64,000 nucleotides of DNA from Eledone cirrhosa (lineage: Eukaryota): NCBI GenBank assembly GCA_964016885.1, contig OZ024744.1, forward strand, positions 1,984,001-2,048,000, in the 5' to 3' direction. Within the stretch, counting starts at the first letter, position 1. Every line of letters begins with the position of its first letter. Positions 52,401 through 61,400 of the stretch are shown piece by piece. The notes beneath the pieces were generated by a model. The model did no database searches and was not told the origin of the DNA. It saw nothing but the letters and a program-made list of their open reading frames with translations. The translations under genes and the position numbers were made by a program.

Positions 52401-55400
52401 GCTATCTTTCTCTAGCTTGTCTTCACACAAAACTTCGTTCTTCACCAAGCTATCTTTCTCTACCTTGTCTTCCCACAAAACGTCATTCTTCACCAAGCTA
52501 TCTTTCTCTACCTTGTCTTCCGTCAAAACTTCGTTCTTCACCAAGATATCTTTCTCTACCTTGTCTCCTCCCAAAACTTCGTTCTTCACCAAGCTATCTT
52601 TCTCTACCTTGTCTTCCCTCAGAACTTCGTTCTTCACCAAGCTATCTTTCTCTACCTTGTCTTCCCCCAAAACTTCGTTCTTCACCAAGCTATCTTTCTC
52701 TACATTGTCTTCCCCAAAACTTCGTTCTTCACCAAGCTATCTTTCACGACCTTGTCTTCCCTCAAAACGTCGTTCTTCACCAAGCTATCTTTCTCTACCT
52801 TGTCTTCCGCCAAAACTTCGTTCTTCACCAAGCTATCTTTCTCTACCTTGTCTTCCCCCAAAACTTCGTTCTTCACCAAGCTATCTTTCTCTACCTTGTC
52901 TTCCCCCAAAACTTCGTTCTTCACCAAGTCATCTTTCTCTACCTTGTCATCCCTCAAAACTTCGTTCTTCACCAATCTATCTTTCTCTATCTTGTCTCCT
53001 CCCAAAACTTCGTTCTTCACCAAGCTATCTTTCTCTACCTTGTCTTCCCTCAGAACTTCGTTCTTCACCAAGCTATCTTTCTCTACCTTGTCTTCCCCCA
53101 AAACTTCGTTCTTCACCAAGCTATCTTTCTCTACATTGTCTTCCCCAAAACTTCGTTCTTCACCAAGCTATCTTTCACGACCTTGTCTTCCCTCAAAACG
53201 TCGTTCTTCACCAAGCTATCTTTCTCTACCTTGTCTTCCCCCAAAACTTCGTTCTTCACCAAGCTATCTTTCTCTACCTTGTCTTCCCCCAAAACTTCGT
53301 TCTTCACCAAGCTATCTTTCTCTACCTCGTCTTCCCTCAAAACTTCGTTCTTCACCAAGCTATCTTTCTCTACCTTGTCTTCCCCCAAAACTTCGTTCTT
53401 CACCAAGCTATCTTTCTCTACCTTGTCTTCCCCCAAAACTTCGTTCTTCACCAAGCTATCTTTCTCTACCTTGTCTTCCCCCGAAACTTCGTTCTTCGCA
53501 AGCTATCTTTCTCTAGCTTGTCTTCCGTCAAAACTTCGTTCTTCACCAAGATATCTTTCTCTACCTTGTCTTCCCACAAAACGTCGTTCTTCACCAAGCT
53601 ATCTTTCTCTAACTTGTCTTCCATCAGAACTTCGTTCTTCACCAAGCTATCTTTCTCTACCTTGTCTTCCCCCAAAACTTCGTTCTTCACCAAGCTATCT
53701 TTCTCTACATTGTCTTCCCCAAAACTTCGTTCTTCACCAAGCTATCTTTCTCTACCTTGTCCTCCCCCAAAACTTCGTTCTTCACCAAGCTATCTGTCTC
53801 TACCTTGTCTTCCCCCGAAACTTCGTTCTTCGCAAGCTATCTTTCTCTAGCTTGTCTTCCGTCAAAACTTCGTTCTTCACCAAGATATCTTTCTCTACCT
53901 TGTCTTCCCACAAAACGTCGTTCTTCACCAAGCTATCTTTCTCTAACTTGTCTTCCATCAGAACTTCGTTCTTCACCAAGCTATCTTTCTCTACCTTGTC
54001 TTCCCCCAAAACTTCGTTCTTCACCAAGCTATCTTTCTCTACATTGTCTTCCCCAAAACTTCGTTCTTCACCAAGCTATCTTTCTCTACCTTGTCTTCCC
54101 CCAAAACTTCGTTCTTCACCAAGCTATCTTTCTCTACCTTGTCTTCCCCCAAAACTTCGTTCTTCACCAAGTCATCTTTCTCTACCTTGTCATCCCTCAA
54201 AACTTCGTTCTTCACCAATCTATCTTTCTCTACCTTGTCTTCCCCCAAAACTACGTTCTTCACCAAGCTATCTTTCTCTAGCTTGTCTTCACACAAAACC
54301 TCGTTCTTCACCAAGCTATCTTTCTCTACCTTGTCTTCCCACAAAATGTCGTTCTTCACCAAGCTATCTTTCTCTAGCTTGTCTTCCCTCAGAACTTCGT
54401 TCTTCACCAAGCTATCTTTCTCTACCTTGTCTTCCCTCAAAACGTCGTTCGTCACCAAGCTATCTTTCTCTACCTTGTCTTCCCCCAAAACTTCGTTCTT
54501 CACCAAGCTATCTTTCTCTACCTTGTCTTCCCCCAAAACTTCGTTCTTCACCAAGTCATCTTTCTCTTCCTTGTCATCCCACAAAACGTCGTTCTTCACC
54601 AAGCTATCTTTCTCTATTTTGTCTTCCCTCAAAACGTCGTTCTTCACCAAGCTATCTTTCTCTACCTTGTCTTCCCTCAAAATTTCGTTCTTCACCAAGC
54701 TATCTTTCTCGACGTTGTCTTCTCCCAAAACTTCGTTATTCACCAAGCTATCTTTCTCTACCTTGTCTTCCCTCAAAACTTCGTTCTTCACCAAGCTATC
54801 TTTCTCTACCTTGTCTTCCCCCAAAACTTCGTTCTTCACCAAGCTATCTTTCTCTACCTTGTCTTCTCCCAAAACTTCGTTATTCACCAAGCTATCTTTC
54901 TCTACCTTGTCTTCCCTCAAAACATCGTTCTTCACCAAGCTATCTTTCTCTACCTTGTCTTCCCCCAAAACTTCGTTCTTCACCAAGCTATCTTTCTCTA
55001 CCTTGTCTTCCCCCAAAACTTCGTTCTTCACCAAGCTATCTTTCTCTACCTTGTCTTCCCCCAAATCTTCGTTCTTCAGCAAGACATCTTTCTCTACCTT
55101 GTCATCCCTCAAAACTTCGTTCTTCACCAAGCTATCTTTCTCTACCTTGTCTTCCCCCAAAACTTCGTTCTTCACCAAGCTATCTTTCTCTAGCTTGTCT
55201 TCACACAAAACTTCGTTCTTCACCAAGCTATCTTTCTCTACCTTGTCTTCCCACAAAACGTCATTCTTCACCAAGCTATCTTTCTCTACCTTGTCTTCCG
55301 TCAAAACTTCGTTCTTCACCAAGATATCTTTCTCTACCTTGTCTCCTCCCAAAACTTCGTTCTTCACCAAGCTATCTTTCTCTACCTTGTCTTCCCTCAG

Positions 55401-58400
55401 AACTTCGTTCTTCACCAAGCTATCTTTCTCTACCTTGTCTTCCCCCAAAACTTCGTTCTTCACCAAGCTATCTTTCTCTACATTGTCTTCCCCAAAACTT
55501 CGTTCTTCACCAAGCTATCTTTCACGACCTTGTCTTCCCTCAAAACGTCGTTCTTCACCAAGCTATCTTTCTCTACCTTGTCTTCCGCCAAAACTTCGTT
55601 CTTCACCAAGCTATCTTTCTCTACCTTGTCTTCCCCCAAAACTTCGTTCTTCACCAAGCTATCTTTCTCTACCTTGTCTTCCCCCAAAACTTCGTTCTTC
55701 ACCAAGTCATCTTTCTCTACCTTGTCATCCCTCAAAACTTCGTTCTTCACCAATCTATCTTTCTCTATCTTGTCTCCTCCCAAAACTTCGTTCTTCACCA
55801 AGCTATCTTTCTCTACCTTGTCTTCCCTCAGAACTTCGTTCTTCACCAAGCTATCTTTCTCTACCTTGTCTTCCCCCAAAACTTCGTTCTTCACCAAGCT
55901 ATCTTTCTCTACATTGTCTTCCCCAAAACTTCGTTCTTCACCAAGCTATCTTTCACGACCTTGTCTTCCCTCAAAACGTCGTTCTTCACCAAGCTATCTT
56001 TCTCTACCTTGTCTTCCCCCAAAACTTCGTTCTTCACCAAGCTATCTTTCTCTACCTTGTCTTCCCCCAAAACTTCGTTCTTCACCAAGCTATCTTTCTC
56101 TACCTCGTCTTCCCTCAAAACTTCGTTCTTCACCAAGCTATCTTTCTCTACCTTGTCTTCCCCCAAAACTTCGTTCTTCACCAAGCTATCTTTCTCTACC
56201 TTGTCTTCCCCCAAAACTTCGTTCTTCACCAAGCTATCTTTCTCTACCTTGTCTTCCCCCGAAACTTCGTTCTTCGCAAGCTATCTTTCTCTAGCTTGTC
56301 TTCCGTCAAAACTTCGTTCTTCACCAAGATATCTTTCTCTACCTTGTCTTCCCACAAAACGTCGTTCTTCACCAAGCTATCTTTCTCTAACTTGTCTTCC
56401 ATCAGAACTTCGTTCTTCACCAAGCTATCTTTCTCTACCTTGTCTTCCCCCAAAACTTCGTTCTTCACCAAGCTATCTTTCTCTACATTGTCTTCCCCAA
56501 AACTTCGTTCTTCACCAAGCTATCTTTCTCTACCTTGTCTTCCCCCAAAACTTCGTTCTTCACTAAGCTATCTTTCTCTACCTTGTCTTCCCCCAAAACT
56601 TCGTTCTTCACCAAGTCATCTTTCTCTACCTTGTCATCCCTCAAAACTTCGTTCTTCACCAATCTATCTTTCTCTACCTTGTCTTCCCCCAAAACTACGT
56701 TCTTCACCAAGCTATCTTTCTCTAGCTTGTCTTCACACAAAACCTCGTTCTTCACCAAGCTATCTTTCTCTACCTTGTCTTCCCACAAAATGTCGTTCTT
56801 CACCAAGCTATCTTTCTCTAGCTTGTCTTCCCTCAGAACTTCGTTCTTCACCAAGCTATCTTTCTCTACCTTGTCTTCCCTCAAAACGTCGTTCGTCACC
56901 AAGCTATCTTTCTCTACCTTGTCTTCCCCCAAAACTTCGTTCTTCACCAAGCTATCTTTCTCTACCTTGTCTTCCCCCAAAACTTCGTTCTTCACCAAGT
57001 CATCTTTCTCTTCCTTGTCATCCCACAAAACGTCGTTCTTCACCAAGCTATCTTTCTCTATTTTGTCTTCCCTCAAAACGTCGTTCTTCACCAAGCTATC
57101 TTTCTCTACCTTGTCTTCCCTCAAAATTTCGTTCTTCACCAAGCTATCTTTCTCGACGTTGTCTTCTCCCAAAACTTCGTTATTCACCAAGCTATCTTTC
57201 TCTACCTTGTCTTCCCTCAAAACTTCGTTCTTCACCAAGCTATCTTTCTCTACCTTGTCTTCCCCCAAAACTTCGTTCTTCACCAAGCTATCTTTCTCTA
57301 CCTTGTCTTCTCCCAAAACTTCGTTATTCACCAAGCTATCTTTCTCTACCTTGTCTTCCCTCAAAACATCGTTCTTCACCAAGCTATCTTTCTCCACCTT
57401 GTCTTCCCTCAAAACGTCGTTCTTCACCAAGCTATCTTTCTCTACCTTGTCTTCCCCCAAAACTTCGTTCTTCACCAAGCTATCTTTCTCTACCTTGTCT
57501 TCCCCCAAAACTTCGTTCTTCACCAAGTCATCTTTCTCTTCCTTGTCATCCCACAAAACGTCGTTCTTCACCAAGCTATCTTTCTCTATTGTGTCTTCCA
57601 TCAAAACGTCGTTCTTCACCAAGCTATCTTTCTCTACCTTGTCTTCCCTCAAAATTTCGTTCTTCACCAAGCTATCTTTCTCGACGTTGTCTTCTCCCAA
57701 AACTTCGTTATTCACCAAGCTATCTTTCTCTACCTTGTCTTCCCTCAAAACTTCGTTCTTCACCAAGCTATCTTTCTCTACCTTGTCTTCCCCCAAAACT
57801 TCGTTCTTCACCAAGCTATCTTTCTCTACCTTGTCTTCTCCCAAAACTTCGTTATTCACCAAGCTATCTTTCTCTACCTTGTCTTCCCTCAAAACATCGT
57901 TCTTCACCAAGCTATCTTTCTCTACCTTGTCTTCCCCCAAAACTTCGTTCTTCACCAAGCTATCTTTCTCTACCTTGTCTTCCCCCAAAACTTCGTTCTT
58001 CACCAAGCTACCTTTCTCTACCTTGTCTTCCCCCAAATCTTCGTTCTTCACCAAGACATCTTTCTCTACCTTGTCATCCCTCAAAACTTCGTTCTTCACC
58101 AAGCTATCTTTCTCTACCTTGTCTTCCCCCAAAACTTCGTTCTTCACCAAGCTATCTTTCTCTAGCTTGTCTTCACACAAAACTTCGTTCTTCACCAAGC
58201 TATCTTTCTCTACCTTGTCTTCCCACAAAACGTCATTCTTCACCAAGCTATCTTTCTCTACCTTGTCTTCCGTCAAAACTTCGTTCTTCACCAAGATATC
58301 TTTCTCTACCTTGTCTCCTCCCAAAACTTCGTTCTTCACCAAGCTATCTTTCTCTACCTTGTCTTCCCTCAGAACTTCGTTCTTCACCAAGCTATCTTTC

Positions 58401-58460
58401 TCTACCTTGTCTTCCCCCAAAACTTCGTTCTTCACCAAGCTATCTTTCTCTACCTTGTCT
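46185..58460. repeat. Higher-order repeat family with a 58-monomer (2778-bp) full unit and deletion variants (2730, 2346, 2778, 2444 bp, then a partial fifth copy)
   Basis: Equivalent phase points at 46185, 48915, 51261, 54039 and 56483. Marker AAATCTTCGTTCTTCAGCAAGACATC at 47161, 49507, 52285 and 55063, and with CACC in place of CAGC at 58035. TTCCGCC at 47681, 50027, 52805 and 55583. Unit lengths equal 57, 49, 58 and 51 monomers minus 6, 6, 6 and 4 bp. Confidence 0.92.
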
Positions 58461-61400
58461 TCCCCCAAAACTTCGTTCTTCGCAAGCTATCTTTCTCTAC
58501 CTTGTCTTCCCCCAAAACTTCGTTCTTCACCAAGCTATCTTTCTCTACCTTGTCCTCCCACAAAACGTCGTTCTTCACCAAGCTATCTTTCTCTACCTTG
58601 TCTTCCCTAAAAACGTCGTTCTTCACCAAGCTATCTTTCTCTACCTTGTCTTCCCTCAAAACATCGTTCTTCACCAAGCTATCTTTCTCTACCTTGTCTT
58701 CTCCCAAAACTTCGTTATTCACCAAGCTATCTTTCTCTACCTTGTCTTCCCTCAAAACTTCGTTCTTCACCAAGCTATCTTTCTCTACCTTGTCTTCCCC
58801 CAAAACTTCGTTCTTCACCAAGCTATCTTTCTCTACCTTGTCTTCCCCCAAAAGTTCGTTCTTCACCAAGCTATCTTTCTCTAGCTTGTCTTCACACAAA
58901 ACTTCGTTCTTCACCAAGCTATCTTTCTCTACCTTGTCTTCCCACAAAACGTCATTCTTCACCAAGCTATCTTTCTCTACCTTGTCTTCCGTCAAAACTT
59001 CGTTCTTCACCAATATATCTTTCTGTACCTTGTCTTCTCCCAAAACTTCGTTCTTCACCAAGCTATCTTTCTCTACCTTGTCTTCCCTCAGAACTTCGTT
59101 CTTCACCAAGCTATCTTTCTCTACATTGTCTTCCCCAAAACTTCGTTCTTCACCAATCTATCTTTCTCTACCTTGTCTTCCCTCAAAACGTCGTTCTTCA
59201 CCAAGCTATCTTTCTCTACCTTGTCTTCTCCCAAAACTTCGTTATTCACCAAGCTATCTTTCTCTACCTTGTCTTCCCTCAAAACTTCGTTCTTCACCAA
59301 GCTATCTTTCTCTACCTTGTCTTCCCCCAAAACTTCGTTCTTCACCAAGCTATCTTTCTCTATATTGTCTTCCCCAAAACTTCGTTCTTCACCAAGCTAT
59401 CTTTCTCTACCTTGTCTTCCCTCAAAACTTCGTTCTTCACCAAGCTATCTTTCTCTACCTTGTCTTCCCCCAAAACTTCGTTCTTCACCAAGCTATCTTT
59501 CTCTACCTTGTCTTCCCCCAAAACTTCGTTCTTCACCAAGCTATCTTTCTCTAGCTTGTCTTCACACAAAACTTCGTTCTTCACCAAGCTATCTTTCTCT
59601 ACATTGTCTTCCCACAAAACGTCATTCTTCACCAAGCTATATTTCTCTACCTTGTCTTCCGTCAAAACTTCGTTCTTCACCAAGCTATCTTTCTCCACCT
59701 TGTCTTCCCTCAAAACGTCGTTCTTCACCAAGCTATCTTTCTCTACCTTGTCTTCCCCCAAAACTTCGTTCTTCACCAAGCTATCTTTCTCTACCTTGTC
59801 TTCCCCCAAAACTTCGTTCTTCACCAAGTCATCTTTCTCTTCCTTGTCATCCCACAAAACGTCGTTCTTCACCAAGCTATCTTTCTCTATTGTGTCTTCC
59901 CTCAAAACGTCGTTCTTCACCAAGCTATCTTTCTCTACCTTGTCTTCCCTCAAAATTTCGTTCTTCACCAAGCTATCTTTCTCGACGTTGTCTTCTCCCA
60001 AAACTTCGTTATTCACCAAGCTATCTTTCTCTACCTTGTCTTCCCTCAAAACTTCGTTCTTCACCAAGCTATCTTTCTCTACCTTGTCTTCCCCCAAAAC
60101 TTCGTTCTTCACCAAGCTATCTTTCTCTACCTTGTCTTCTCCCAAAACTTCGTTATTCACCAAGCTATCTTTCTCTACCTTGTCTTCCCTCAAAACATCG
60201 TTCTTCACCAAGCTATCTTTCTCTACCTTGTCTTCCCCCAAAACTTCGTTCTTCACCAAGCTATCTTTCTCTACCTTGTCTTCCCCCAAAACTTCGTTCT
60301 TCACCAAGCTATCTTTCTCTACCTTGTCTTCCCCCAAATCTTCGTTCTTCACCAAGACATCTTTCTCTACCTTGTCATCCCTCAAAACTTCGTTCTTCAC
60401 CAAGCTATCTTTCTCTACCTTGTCTTCCCCCAAAACTTCGTTCTTCACCAAGCTATCTTTCTCTAGCTTGTCTTCACACAAAACTTCGTTCTTCACCAAG
60501 CTATCTTTCTCTACCTTGTCTTCCCACAAAACGTCATTCTTCACCAAGCTATCTTTCTCTACCTTGTCTTCCGTCAAAACTTCGTTCTTCACCAAGATAT
60601 CTTTCTCTACCTTGTCTCCTCCCAAAACTTCGTTCTTCACCAAGCTATCTTTCTCTACCTTGTCTTCCCTCAGAACTTCGTTCTTCACCAAGCTATCTTT
60701 CTCTACCTTGTCTTCCCCCAAAACTTCGTTCTTCACCAAGCTATCTTTCTCTACATTGTCTTCCCCAAAACTTCGTTCTTCACCAAGCTATCTTTCACGA
60801 CCTTGTCTTCCCTCAAAACGTCGTTCTTCACCAAGCTATCTTTCTCTACCTTGTCTTCCGCCAAAACTTCGTTCTTCACCAAGCTATCTTTCTCTACCTT
60901 GTCTTCCCCCAAAACTTCGTTCTTCACCAAGCTATCTTTCTCTACCTTGTCTTCCCCCAAAACTTCGTTCTTCACCAAGTCATCTTTCTCTACCTTGTCA
61001 TCCCTCAAAACTTCGTTCTTCACCAATCTATCTTTCACGACCTTGTCTTCCCTCAAAACGTCGTTCTTCACCAAGCTATCTTTCTCTACCTTGTCTTCCC
61101 CCAAAACTTCGTTCTTCACCAAGCTATCTTTCTCTACCTTGTCTTCCCCCAAAACTTCGTTCTTCACCAAGCTATCTTTCTCTACCTCGTCTTCCCTCAA
61201 AACTTCGTTCTTCACCAAGCTATCTTTCTCTACCTTGTCTTCCCCCAAAACTTCGTTCTTCACCAAGCTATCTTTCTCTACCTTGTCTTCCCCCAAAACT
61301 TCGTTCTTCACCAAGCTATCTTTCTCTATCTTGTCTTCCCCTAAAACTTCGTTCTTCACCAAGCTATCTTTCTCTACCTTGTCTTCCCACAAAACGTCAT

